A stretch of DNA of 64,000 bases. Origin: Planctomycetota bacterium. GTDB lineage: Bacteria > Planctomycetota > UBA1135. The position numbers and the translations under genes were made by a program. The stretch's first letter is position 1. Each line of letters starts with the position of its first letter. The notes beneath the pieces are model-generated. The model did no database searches, was not told the DNA's origin, and saw only the letters and a list, made by a program, of their open reading frames with translations. This document shows, piece by piece, positions 15,637 to 24,551 of this stretch. The DNA lies in the NCBI GenBank assembly GCA_003696625.1, contig RFGR01000151.1, positions 929 through 64,928 of the forward strand, in the 5' to 3' direction.

Positions 15637-17285
15637 CCGCGGGCGACGGCCAGCGCGGCCAGGGCGTAGGAGGTGCAGAGCACCGGATTGCCCTCCCACC
15701 AGCGCTCGGCCTGGTCGTTGACCCAGGAGCCGTCCTCGCGTTGGAGGGCGGCCAGGCGGGCGGCCAGCTCCAGCCGCCAGGGATGGCGGGAACCGTCGGC
15801 CGCCACCACCTCCTCGATGCCGGCCGCGCTCAGGGCCTCGGCCAGGGACAGGAAGTAGTAGTAGAGGCCCTGGAAGCCGGCCCGTGGGTCGCGGAGCATG
15901 TCGAAGCCGGGGTTCACCTCGAGGGTCCAGTGGCGCTGGATCCAGTCCACCGCCGCCTCGACCCGCGGGTCGTCGGCCGGCAGCCCGGCGAAGACGTAGC
16001 ACTTCAGCAGGGCGTAGGTCATCGAGCCGTAGCTGCGGGCGACCAGGGTGCCGTCCGGCATCCGGTCGTAGCCGGCCGGGGAGTCGCCGGGCATATAGGC
16101 GGCGCCGCCGTCGTCGCCGGCCCGGACCGGCTCGCCGGTGCCGATCCGCTGGTAGGTCTCGGGGTTCGACTCGCTCCGGTTCTGGGTGCGCTGGAGGAAG
16201 CGGAGGGCCTTTTGGAAGGCGGGATCGTCGGCGTCGGCGCCGGCGTCGTGGAGGGCCTGAAGCGCGTACTGGAGGTTGGAAAGATCCGGCCGCAGGTCGC
16301 CGCCGTAGCCGATGCCGCCGTAGTAGCGATCCGATTCGGAGTAGCCCTCGCCCTCGTCGGCCTGCATCGCCCGCAGGAAGTCGGCGGCGCGGGCGATCGC
16401 CTCGCGGTCCTCCTCGCGGCCGCCGGCGGCCAGGGCCATGATCGCCACCGAGGTGACGTAGACCGGCAGGCCGCGGGTGAAGATCGATCCGTCCTCTTTC
16501 TGCAGCGATTTCAGCCAATCGAGCACCGGCCAGGCCGCGGCCCGGGCCTCGGGTCGGGAGGAACCGAGCAGGGCTCGGGCGGCGAGGGCCGAGATGCCGG
16601 GTTCGGGCTGGCCGAACACCTCCCACAGGCCGGAGTCGGCCCGGGCGGCCAGCAGGAAGTCGACCCCGCGTTCGTAGACCTCGGCCGGCGGCGGGGTCGG
16701 GGGGCGGGCGGCCGACTCCCGGCGGAGGGCGACCCCGGCCCGGGCCGCGGCCTCGGCCCGCATCGCAAAGCCGGCGTAGTCCGGTAGGCCGGACAGAATG
16801 TCGGCGGCGCTTTCTTCCCCGGGAACCGGCAGGCCTTCCGGCGCCGGCCCGGACCAGCTGCCGCTGGCCGCCAGGTCGCGCAGGCGCTCGGACTCGACCC
16901 CGGCCCGGCCGGCCAGTTCCTCGATGCGGGCGGCGTAGCGGGCGGCGTCGACGCACTGGAGGGCGAAGGCCGTGGCGAGGTCGGCGGCCGGGTCGCCCGC
17001 TGCCGCCGCTTGCGCGATCAGCCAGGCGACGGCGTCGCGGATGAACGGGCCGTCGTCCTCCCGGTAGGCCCGGGGCGACAGGGCCATGGCCGTCACGACC
17101 CAGGCCGTCTCGAGGCGGCCGCCGTAGGAGCCGTCCTCGGCCTGGCGGGCGCGCATCGGGCCGAGTTCGGCGTCGAATAGACTCTTGACCGAGGGGCCGC
17201 CCTGGGGCACGGCCGGCAGGGCCGGGACCGGGGCGGCGGCGAGGAGCAGGCAGGCGAGGGCGATCATGATCGGCGGACCGCCCAA
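15633..17285 (-). CDS. Exported prenyltransferase/squalene-oxidase repeat-containing protein (terpenoid-cyclase-like alpha/alpha toroid)
   Basis: 550 aa with signal-like IMIALACLLLAAAPVPALPA. It has repeated xDGSW/xDGGxxY units (QAEDGSYGG, KEDGSIFT, GDDGGAAY, REDGSWVN) and aromatic-rich repeats. Confidence 0.7.
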   Translation of the reverse strand: MGGPPIMIALACLLLAAAPVPALPAVPQGGPSVKSLFDAELGPMRARQAEDGSYGGRLETAWVVTAMALSPRAYREDDGPFIRDAVAWLIAQAAAAGDPAADLATAFALQCVDAARYAARIEELAGRAGVESERLRDLAASGSWSGPAPEGLPVPGEESAADILSGLPDYAGFAMRAEAAARAGVALRRESAARPPTPPPAEVYERGVDFLLAARADSGLWEVFGQPEPGISALAARALLGSSRPEARAAAWPVLDWLKSLQKEDGSIFTRGLPVYVTSVAIMALAAGGREEDREAIARAADFLRAMQADEGEGYSESDRYYGGIGYGGDLRPDLSNLQYALQALHDAGADADDPAFQKALRFLQRTQNRSESNPETYQRIGTGEPVRAGDDGGAAYMPGDSPAGYDRMPDGTLVARSYGSMTYALLKCYVFAGLPADDPRVEAAVDWIQRHWTLEVNPGFDMLRDPRAGFQGLYYYFLSLAEALSAAGIEEVVAADGSRHPWRLELAARLAALQREDGSWVNDQAERWWEGNPVLCTSYALAALAVARG

Positions 17286-17310
17286 TCTAACGGCCGAGAG
17301 CCGCCGACGT

Positions 17311-17640
17311 TCAGTCCTTCCCGGCCGGGGCCAGCCGGACGGCGGTGCCGTAGGCGATCACCTCGGCGGCGTTGCGCATGACCTCGGCCGAGCTGAATCG
17401 GACCATGAGCACGGCGTCGGCGCCGAGGGCGACGGCCTGCTCGGTCATCCGATCGAGGGCCTGTTCCCGGGCCTCGGCCATGACCTTGGTGTACTCCTCG
17501 ATCTCGCCGCCGACCAGGTGGCGCAGGCCGGCGGTGATGTCGCGGCCGACGTGGCGGGCCCGCACGGTGTTGCCTCGGACCAACCCGAGCACCTCGACGA
17601 CCTGCCGGCCGGGGACGAAGTCGGTGGTGGAGAGAATCAT
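17311..17640 (-). CDS. YbjQ/UPF0145 family protein
   Basis: Start at ATG 17640 (ATGA overlap). The 109-aa product reads MILSTTDFVPGRQVVEVLGLVRGNTVRARHVGRDITAGLRHLVGGEIEEYT...GADAVLMVRF, a close match to the YbjQ family pattern. Confidence 0.85.
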   Translation of the reverse strand: MILSTTDFVPGRQVVEVLGLVRGNTVRARHVGRDITAGLRHLVGGEIEEYTKVMAEAREQALDRMTEQAVALGADAVLMVRFSSAEVMRNAAEVIAYGTAVRLAPAGKD

Positions 17641-18104
17641 CGGCGCACTTCGCGGTAGGGGTCGTGGCGGCGGACGCGGAGGCGTTCGAGCAGGATGCGC
17701 AGGAACAGCAGGCCGAGGCCGCCGAGCAGCGCCGCCACCGCCAGATGTTGCAGCAGCGGCCCTTCGTCGTCGAACATCTCCATCGCCGCGAAGACGGCCA
17801 GGATCAGGGCGCCGCCGACGAAGAGGGACCAGCCGGCGGTCTCGAGCAGGCGGGGGCCGAGGGCGCGACGCAGGGCTTCGCGCTCGAAGTCGGCCGGCTC
17901 GCGCAGCCGGGCGCAGGCGAAGGCCAGGCGCAGCCGCTCGAGTTCGGCCCATTCGCGGCTGCAGCGGGCGCAGCCCTGCAGGTGCTCGGCCAGCCAGCCC
18001 TCCTGGGCCGGGGTGCATTCCCCGTCGCTGCGGGCGTTCAGCCACAGGGAGACCTCTTCGCAGTTGCCGGGAGGCCAGGTCGGAAGGTCGGCGGGAGCAG
18101 TCAT
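17637..18104 (-). CDS. Membrane anti-sigma factor (zf-HC2 type)
   Basis: 155 aa. The HLQGCARC (H-x3-C-x2-C) zinc motif is followed by two hydrophobic helices. It is translationally coupled (ATGA) to the upstream ECF sigma gene. Confidence 0.75.
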   Translation of the reverse strand: MTAPADLPTWPPGNCEEVSLWLNARSDGECTPAQEGWLAEHLQGCARCSREWAELERLRLAFACARLREPADFEREALRRALGPRLLETAGWSLFVGGALILAVFAAMEMFDDEGPLLQHLAVAALLGGLGLLFLRILLERLRVRRHDPYREVRR

Positions 18105-18730
18105 GAGGCGGTGAGGTCGGGCAGCAGCTTGCGCAGCCGCCGGCGGGCGGTGCTGATCCGGGACATGACGGTGCCGACCGGGATGCCGAGGGCGTCGGCG
18201 ATCTCCCGGTAGCTCAGGCCGTCGAAGTGCTTGAGAAGGAGGATCTCGCGGTCTCCGGCCGGCAGGCGGGCGAGGGCGTCGCCGACCAGGCGGCTGCGCT
18301 CGTCGCGGGCGACGATCTCCTCCGGGGCCGGGGCCTGCGGGTCGGCCGGCTCCGGCAGCGGTTCGTCGTCCTGGTCCCGGGCCTGGAGCGAGCGGGAACG
18401 CCGGACCTTGCGCCGCCGGAGCTGCTGGATGCAGGCGTTGCGGAGGATGCGGTAGTACCAGGGGAAGAACGGGCGGCCGGGGACGAAGGTGTCGAGCGCC
18501 TGCCAGGCCTTGAGGCAGCTCTCCTGGACCAGGTCCTGGGCCTCGGTTCGGTTGCCGAGGATGCCGGTGGCCACCGCCAGCGCCCGCGGCTGGTGAAGCA
18601 GGGCCAGCTCGCCGAACGCCTCCCGGCTGCCCCGCAGGGCCGCCGCGAGGAGTTCCTGTTCGCGATCGCGCGCCGGCGCTTCGACGCTCATGGCGGCGGC
18701 TACGCCCGGGTCCGGCCGGGATTCAGCCAT
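18101..18730 (-). CDS. ECF (RpoE-like) RNA polymerase sigma factor
   Basis: 209 aa. Region 2 reads DLVQESCLKAWQAL...WYYRILRNACIQQLRRRK. Region 4 reads LLKHFDGLSYREIADALGIPVGTVMSRISTARRRL. Confidence 0.9.
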   Translation of the reverse strand: MAESRPDPGVAAAMSVEAPARDREQELLAAALRGSREAFGELALLHQPRALAVATGILGNRTEAQDLVQESCLKAWQALDTFVPGRPFFPWYYRILRNACIQQLRRRKVRRSRSLQARDQDDEPLPEPADPQAPAPEEIVARDERSRLVGDALARLPAGDREILLLKHFDGLSYREIADALGIPVGTVMSRISTARRRLRKLLPDLTAS

Positions 18731-20036
18731 TTCCCCCTCCGGCGGCCGCCTCGACTTCCCGCGCCGCCCGGGCGGCGGCTCCGCCGGCGGCGAATCGCGG
18801 CAGCAGCGGCTCCAAGTCGGCCAAGAAGCGCTCCCGGACCGGGCCCTCCAGCCTGGCCTCGAGGTCGGCCGCCAAGGTCGCCGGGTCGAGCGAGCGGCCG
18901 ACGTGCTCCGGGACCAGAGGGCGGCCGGCGATCAGGTTCAGGGAGCCGACCCAAGGAACGGATAGGGCCCGGCGGTGGAGGAAGGCGGCCAGCCGGGAGG
19001 AGAGCCCATAGACCAGGACCGGGGGCACCCGGTGGGCGGCGACCTCGAGCAGGGCGGTGCCGCTCGCCACCCAGGCGGCGCGCAGCGCGGGCAGGACCGC
19101 GTGGAAGCAGCCCGGGGCGCGGACCACCTCCACCGGCGAGGCGGCCAGCAGGGCATCGATCCGGGGCCAGAGTTCGGCTCGCAGGTGGGGGAGGACGAAG
19201 CCGAGGTCGGGCCGGCGCCGGGCCAGCCGGCCGGCGGCCGTCAGCAGGACCGGCAGGTTCTCGGCCACCTCCCGACGCCGGCTGCCGGGCAGGATCCCGA
19301 CCCAGGTCCGGGTCGGATCCAGCTCGGGCGGGGGGGCCTCGGCCGCCGCCGCCTCGGCCAGTCCGTCGCCGAGCGGGTGGCCGACGTAGGTCGCGCGGGC
19401 GCCGCGGGCCCGGTACCAGGGGCCCTCGAAGGGGAGGATGGTCAGCAGCCGGTCGGCCCGGCGGAAGTCCCGGATCCGCCACGGGGCCCAGGCCCAGAGT
19501 TGGGGGGCGATGTAGTCGACCACCGGCACCCCGGCCCGGCCGGCGATCCGAAGCAGGTGCCGGTTCAGGCCCGGATAGTCGATCAGGACCACCGCGTCGG
19601 GCGGCTCGGCGGCCAGGTCGGCGGCAAAGCGGCCGACGGCGCGCAGGAACAACGGCAGCCGGGCGGCGACGTCCCGGAAGCCCATCACGTTCAGGTCGGC
19701 CAGCGGTTCCCAGACCTCCATGCCGGCGGCGGCCAGCCGGCGGCCGCCGAAGCCGGCCGTCTCGAGGCCGGGGTGGCGGCGGCGGAGCGCGGCCAGGAGC
19801 CGAAGCGCATGGCTCTCGCCGCTGAGGTCGCCGCAGGAGAGCACCAGACGGCGCAGCCGGCGACCGGGCGGCGCCGCCGGGTCGGGCGGCGGCGGCAGCT
19901 CGTCCCGGCCCAAGGCGAGGAAGGCCCGGCGGCGGCGGCCGGCGCCGACCAGCGCGGCGGCGTGGCGGGCCGGCGCCAGGACCAGCCCGGCGGCGGCGGC
20001 GGCGAGTTCGCGGGCGACGCTGCCGATTCCGTTCAC
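18723..20036 (-). CDS. lpxB: Lipid-A-disaccharide synthase
   Basis: The blocks LSCGDLSGESHALRLL, LNVMGFRDV, VLIDYPGLN, YIAPQLWAWAPWR, LPFEGPWY, ILPGSRRREV and ASGTALLE align along E. coli LpxB. I place the start at GTG 20036 (GTGA overlap), which gives a ~50-aa N-terminal extension, so the start is uncertain. Confidence 0.85.
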   Translation of the reverse strand: MNGIGSVARELAAAAAGLVLAPARHAAALVGAGRRRRAFLALGRDELPPPPDPAAPPGRRLRRLVLSCGDLSGESHALRLLAALRRRHPGLETAGFGGRRLAAAGMEVWEPLADLNVMGFRDVAARLPLFLRAVGRFAADLAAEPPDAVVLIDYPGLNRHLLRIAGRAGVPVVDYIAPQLWAWAPWRIRDFRRADRLLTILPFEGPWYRARGARATYVGHPLGDGLAEAAAAEAPPPELDPTRTWVGILPGSRRREVAENLPVLLTAAGRLARRRPDLGFVLPHLRAELWPRIDALLAASPVEVVRAPGCFHAVLPALRAAWVASGTALLEVAAHRVPPVLVYGLSSRLAAFLHRRALSVPWVGSLNLIAGRPLVPEHVGRSLDPATLAADLEARLEGPVRERFLADLEPLLPRFAAGGAAARAAREVEAAAGGGNG

Positions 20037-21220
20037 GGGACGTCCATCGCGTAGCGGAAGCCGACCGTCGGCAGGCGGGTGCCCAGGGCCGGATAGAGCC
20101 AGCGGAAGGTGCTGGCGCAGGCCTCGGCGCGGTCTTGGAAGCTGCCGCCCCGGACGACCGCCACGGTCTCCGGACCGACCTCGGTCGCCCGGCGCGCCGG
20201 CTCGTCGCCGGCACCGGCCTGGAAGAGATCCGCGCACCATTCGCGGACGTTGCCGGAAAGGCCGACCACGCCCTGGGGCGTGCTGTCCTCGGGGATCTCG
20301 GCGGCGGCCAGCGGCCGGCCGGCGCCGAAGGCGAGGCAGTTCACCTTCGCCGCGTCGAAGCGGTCGCCGATCGGCCAGGCGCGGGCGCCGAAGCCGGCGG
20401 CGGCGGCCTGCCACTCGTCCTCGGTCGGCAGCCGCTTGCCGGCCCACTCGGCGTAGGAGGCGGCCGAGGCCCAGCTCACGCCGGTGACGGGAACGGCGGC
20501 GTGTCCGTCGGGGAACATCGGCGAGCCGTCGGGGGCCCAACTCCAGTCGGCCGGCAGGTGCTCCTCGCGCAGACCGGCCGGCAGGGAGAGCAGGAAGCGG
20601 GCGTAGTCGGCGCAGGTCACCTCGTTCCGATCGAGGTAGAACCCGGCCAGCCGGACCTCGCGCGGCTCCTGGAGGTCGGGGTGCCCGATCAGGTAGCCGG
20701 TGGCCGGAGCCAGGGTGTAGGTGCCGGCCGGGATCAGGGTCATCCCGGGCGGGGTCTCGGCGAAGCCGCGTTGGTAGCGCTCGGGATGGCGCAGCTTCTC
20801 AAGGGCGTGGAAGGCGCGTTCGAGCTGCTGCTGGGCCTCCCGATACCGCCGGGCCGCCCGCGATCGTTTATAGAGTTCTCCGTTCCAGAGTTCGTGGAAA
20901 GGACCGGCGGCGGCGAGGCGCGCCCGCTCCTCGCCCCAGGCGGCCTCGGCCAGGTCCCGCTGGCGGAACCAGCGGGCCAGGGTGTCGGGCGGCGGCGGCG
21001 GCCGCAGCTCGTCGCCGGCGATCCAGGCGGCGCAGGCCTCGTAGTCCCGGCGCAGGTCCCGGTAGGCGGCGTCCCGTTCCTCCTGGGCCTGAGCGAAGCG
21101 ACGCTCGGCCCGTTCGAGCCGGCGGTCGCGGACCTCGTCCTGGGCGGCGGCCGGCGCGACCGCCAGCAGGGCGAGCGCGGCGAGGAGGGCGGAACGGACG
21201 GCGGAACGGCCTGCTAGCAT
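20033..21220 (-). CDS. Formylglycine-generating enzyme (SUMF1/EgtB/PvdO) family protein with N-terminal signal and coiled-coil
   Basis: Start at ATG 21220 (MLAGRSAVRSALLAALALLAVAPAAAQ). The C-terminal domain contains FYLDRNEVTCADYARF, PVTGVSWASAASYAEWAGKRLPTEDEWQ, NVREWCAD and VRGGSF. Confidence 0.8.
   Translation of the reverse strand: MLAGRSAVRSALLAALALLAVAPAAAQDEVRDRRLERAERRFAQAQEERDAAYRDLRRDYEACAAWIAGDELRPPPPPDTLARWFRQRDLAEAAWGEERARLAAAGPFHELWNGELYKRSRAARRYREAQQQLERAFHALEKLRHPERYQRGFAETPPGMTLIPAGTYTLAPATGYLIGHPDLQEPREVRLAGFYLDRNEVTCADYARFLLSLPAGLREEHLPADWSWAPDGSPMFPDGHAAVPVTGVSWASAASYAEWAGKRLPTEDEWQAAAAGFGARAWPIGDRFDAAKVNCLAFGAGRPLAAAEIPEDSTPQGVVGLSGNVREWCADLFQAGAGDEPARRATEVGPETVAVVRGGSFQDRAEACASTFRWLYPALGTRLPTVGFRYAMDVP
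21215..21220 (+). promoter_or_regulatory. Candidate -10 element TAGCAT, 7 nt upstream of ATG 21228; overlaps the complement of the minus-strand start codon at 21220
   Basis: The sequence ctgcTAGCATcgcgccgATG contains CAT at 21218-21220, which is the ATG of the divergent FGE-like gene. Confidence 0.4.
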
Positions 21221-21227
21221 CGCGCCG

Positions 21228-21932
21228 ATGGCGGCGACCACGCGACGACAGGCGGCCGTCGAAGCCGAGCGGGTGCAGGTGGAAACCCTGCTCAAGGCCG
21301 ACCTTTTCGGCCGCGTGGAGCGCGGGCATTCTAGCCGGCTCGGCCCCGTCGTCCGCCGCGACACTCGGGCCGCCCGCTGGTGGCTGCGGCCGCTGGCCCG
21401 TCGGCTGGCCCGGCGCGAGGCGGCGGCCCTGGCGGCGCTCGAAGGGTTGCCCGGGGTGCCGCGGCTGCTTTCCTGGGACGGCCGGGTCCTGCTCCGGACC
21501 TGGCTCGAGGGCCGGCCGCTGCACCGCGGCGGACCGCCGGACCCGGACTGGTTCGAGGCGGCCCGCCGGCTGGTCTGCCGGCTCCATCGACGCGGGGTCT
21601 GCCACAACGACCTGGCCAAGGAACCGAACCTGCTCGTGGCGGCGGACGGCCGTCCGGCCCTGATCGATTTCCAGCTCGCGCGGGTGACCCGGCGGCGGAG
21701 TCGCTGGTTCCGGCTCCAGGCGCGGGAGGACCTGCGCCACCTCCTGAAGCACAAGCGGAGCTACGCGCCGGCCCGGCTGCGGCCGCGGGAGCGGCGGATC
21801 CTGGCCCGGCCGTCCTGGCCGGCGCGGCTCTGGCGGCGCAGCGGCAAGCGCCTCTACTTGGCCGTGACCCGCGGACTCCTGGGCTGGGCCGACCGCGAGG
21901 GCGCCGGCGACCGGGGCGGGACCGGCGCCTGA
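21228..21932 (+). CDS. Small protein-kinase-like fold protein (RIO/Kdo-kinase-like)
   Basis: 234 aa. LHRRGVCHNDLAKEPNLLV is an HxDLxxxN catalytic loop, and ALIDFQLA occupies the DFG position. The C-terminal tail is basic. Confidence 0.65.
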   Translation: MAATTRRQAAVEAERVQVETLLKADLFGRVERGHSSRLGPVVRRDTRAARWWLRPLARRLARREAAALAALEGLPGVPRLLSWDGRVLLRTWLEGRPLHRGGPPDPDWFEAARRLVCRLHRRGVCHNDLAKEPNLLVAADGRPALIDFQLARVTRRRSRWFRLQAREDLRHLLKHKRSYAPARLRPRERRILARPSWPARLWRRSGKRLYLAVTRGLLGWADREGAGDRGGTGA

Positions 21933-21933
21933 G

Positions 21934-23571
21934 TCAGTCCTTCAGGTAGCGATCGACGTACTCGGCCCAGTCCCGTTCGAACTGCTCGATGTCCACCTGG
22001 CCCCAGGAGGCGTCGAGCGCGTCTTTCCAGATCTTCTCCTTGTACTGCTCGACCCGCCAGCGGCGCTGTTCCTTGAAGGCGGCCTCGTCGAACTCCTTGC
22101 CCTCGGCCTTGGCCTCCTGCTCCATCTGCTGGCGGATCTCGGCGTAGGCCTGGCGGAAGCCTTCGTTCAGGGTGCGGACGTAGTTCGGGATGATCTGACC
22201 GTATTCGGGCCGCCACAGCTTCTTCGGCACCTCGCCGAGCATGCCCATGCGGAGGAAGTAGATGATCGCCCACGACTCGGAGTAGGAGGCGATCCCCTTG
22301 CTCTGCCAGGTCTGGTGGTCGTAGCGGATGTGCTCGCCGATCGGCACCCAGTTCTTCTTGCGGACCATCTCCCGGATCACCGACAGCCGGTCGAGGCCGC
22401 CGGCCATCTTGGCGTGCGGGATGGCCTTCTTGCCCTTGAACTCGAAGGCGCCGTAGTAGTCGCCGTGGCCCTCGTCGAACCAGCGGTGGGCCTCGGACTG
22501 GTCGAACAGGAAGTGGCAGTACTGGTGGAACGCCTCGTGGCTGATCACCCCGAAGGTCATCTTGCGGTCGTAGTTCTTGAAGTCGACGATCACCAGCTCC
22601 TCGCTGGCCGGGTTGAACCAGCCGGCGACGCCGCCGCCGGTCTTGCCGTACTTGTGGAACTCTTCCAGGGTGGAGCAGACGCGGACGACTGAGATGTTCC
22701 GGATCGGCTCGGAGGGCGGGAAGTCCCGCTCGTAGAGGTCGCGCGACTTCTCGAGCCGGTCGATGACCTCCTGGAGGAACTTCTTGTCCTTGGACGAGGT
22801 CTTGATCAGGTAGCGCTTGGAGGGAACCTCGAGCAGCTCCCAGCCCGGGGTCCGGCTGACCTCGTCCCGGTGGTAGGCGAGGAGGTCTTCATAACTGCCG
22901 GAGGAATCGACGAAGGAGGCCGCCTCCTCTCGGTCGATGAGCTGGAAGGTCTTGGCGCAGCCCGCGAAGACCTTCTTCCACTTCTTGAAGTGCTGGTCGG
23001 GAATCGCGAAGACCAGGACGATGTCGTGGTCGTCGAGGTGGAAGGTCCAGCAGTCGAAGTCGATCTCGACCGTGCCGTTGTCGCCCTTCCAGACCTGGTG
23101 CTCGGCGACCAGGTCGCGGATCTTCTTCTCCTCCTCGTCCTCCAGGGCCGGCGGCACCCGCCAGTCGTCGCCGATCGTGATGTGGGGGAGCAGGTCGCCG
23201 ATCTTCTGCCGGCCGCTGTCCTCGGAGCCGAGTCGACCGCGCAGGCCGCCGGTGCCCTCGTCATCGTCGCGGGTGACGGCGGCCTTCTGACCGAAAGCGT
23301 AGACCTGGAGCAGAGTGGCGTAGGGAACGACCTTGTTGCCCGGCAGCTTGGTCGAGAGGTCGGGGCCGCTGAACTGGGCGACCAGGCCGAGGCGGCGCTC
23401 GCTCGGCTGGACCGGAGCCACCATCCAGTCCTGGGGATACTTGAAACGATAGCCGTACTGCGGGTCGGGGAACCACTCCTTGCCGACCCGGGCCTTCTGG
23501 GCGCCGGCGGCCGGAGCGAGGGCGAGCAGGAAGAGGAGGGCGGGGAAGAGCGGTCGGAGGAATCGCGGCAT
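21934..23571 (-). CDS. Secreted DUF1570-like putative zinc metallopeptidase (HExxH)
   Basis: Start at ATG 23571 (MPRFLRPLFPALLFLLALAPAAGAQ). VISHEAFHQYCH contains HExxH, followed by WFDEGHGDYYG. The composition is Lys/Glu/Trp/Tyr-rich and less GC-rich (two hand-counted lines ~63%). The longer 818-aa track ORF upstream is junk. Confidence 0.65.
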   Translation of the reverse strand: MPRFLRPLFPALLFLLALAPAAGAQKARVGKEWFPDPQYGYRFKYPQDWMVAPVQPSERRLGLVAQFSGPDLSTKLPGNKVVPYATLLQVYAFGQKAAVTRDDDEGTGGLRGRLGSEDSGRQKIGDLLPHITIGDDWRVPPALEDEEEKKIRDLVAEHQVWKGDNGTVEIDFDCWTFHLDDHDIVLVFAIPDQHFKKWKKVFAGCAKTFQLIDREEAASFVDSSGSYEDLLAYHRDEVSRTPGWELLEVPSKRYLIKTSSKDKKFLQEVIDRLEKSRDLYERDFPPSEPIRNISVVRVCSTLEEFHKYGKTGGGVAGWFNPASEELVIVDFKNYDRKMTFGVISHEAFHQYCHFLFDQSEAHRWFDEGHGDYYGAFEFKGKKAIPHAKMAGGLDRLSVIREMVRKKNWVPIGEHIRYDHQTWQSKGIASYSESWAIIYFLRMGMLGEVPKKLWRPEYGQIIPNYVRTLNEGFRQAYAEIRQQMEQEAKAEGKEFDEAAFKEQRRWRVEQYKEKIWKDALDASWGQVDIEQFERDWAEYVDRYLKD

Positions 23572-23678
23572 GCCGGAGCCCGACGGACCGGGCTCTTCCC
23601 AGGATAGCAGCCCGGATCGCCGGCCGGGGCGGCGGCGATCCGCGCGGGCGGCCGGACCGGCCGCCGTCAGGAGACGGC

Positions 23679-23927
23679 TCAGCCGCCGCCGGCGGCCGGC
23701 TTCGCCGCCGGGCAGTCGCCGCCGGACGGGCAGGGAGGCGAACTCTGCTTGTAGTCGGTTTGGTAGAAGCCGCTGCCGCGGAAGAGCAGGCCGCCGCCGG
23801 TTCCGAGCAGGCGGCGCAGGCGCCGGCGGCCGCAGGCCGGGCAGCGCTGGAGGGGTTCCTCGCTCATCTGCTGGAAGACCTCGAACTCGTGTTCGCAGGC
23901 GTCGCATCGGTAGTCGTAGTGGGGCAT
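23679..23927 (-). CDS. FmdB-family zinc-ribbon protein
   Basis: 82 aa. MPHYDYRCDACEHEFEVFQQMSEEPLQRCPACG is the CxxC...CxxC ribbon typical of the FmdB/CxxC_CxxC_SSSS family. Confidence 0.8.
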   Translation of the reverse strand: MPHYDYRCDACEHEFEVFQQMSEEPLQRCPACGRRRLRRLLGTGGGLLFRGSGFYQTDYKQSSPPCPSGGDCPAAKPAAGGG

Positions 23928-23936
23928 GGCTCGCTC

Positions 23937-24551
23937 CTATTCCTGCTCGGGGGCCGCCGGTTCGGCCGGCCGCAGCACCCGCACCTGGGCCGGGCGGAGG
24001 ATGCGCCGGCCGATCTGGTAGCCGCGGCGGACCAGTTCCAGGCGCGGGGCCTCGAGCCCTTCCCGCTCCTCGGTCTGGACCGCCTCGTGCCGGTCGGGAT
24101 CGAACTCCTGGTCGTCGGCCGGCTGGATGGCCTCGAGGCCGAAGCGCCGCAGGAGGTCGTCGAAGGAGGCGGCGATGGCCTTGATCCCGGCCAGGAAGCC
24201 GGCCGCCGCCTGGTTCTGCTCGAGTTCGTCCGGCAGCGCCGCCAGGGCCAGTTCCAGGTGATCGTTGAGGGTGATCAGCTCCTGGAACAGGGCCTCCATC
24301 CGCATCCGGGTGCGCTCCTCGACTTCGCTCTCGAGCCGTTTGCGCATGTTCTGCATTTCGGCGTGGGCCCGGAGGGCGCGGTCGCGCCACTCCGGCTCGG
24401 CCGTCTCCGCCCCGGCCGCGGCCGGCCGCTCGCCGGCCGCGGGGTCGGCGGCGGCCGCTTCGGCCTCGGTGCGGGCCTCGGTCTGCCGCCGGGAGTCCTG
24501 GCTGGTCTCGGTCGCGGTCGTCTTCTTGCGCTTCTTCTTGCCCGGGCTCAT
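23937..24551 (-). CDS. grpE: Nucleotide exchange factor GrpE
   Basis: Start at ATG 24551 (ATGA overlap with the dnaJ stop), giving 204 aa. A Lys-rich N-terminus is followed by [25 protein letters not shown] and [16 protein letters not shown]. Confidence 0.9.
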   Translation of the reverse strand: MSPGKKKRKKTTATETSQDSRRQTEARTEAEAAAADPAAGERPAAAGAETAEPEWRDRALRAHAEMQNMRKRLESEVEERTRMRMEALFQELITLNDHLELALAALPDELEQNQAAAGFLAGIKAIAASFDDLLRRFGLEAIQPADDQEFDPDRHEAVQTEEREGLEAPRLELVRRGYQIGRRILRPAQVRVLRPAEPAAPEQE

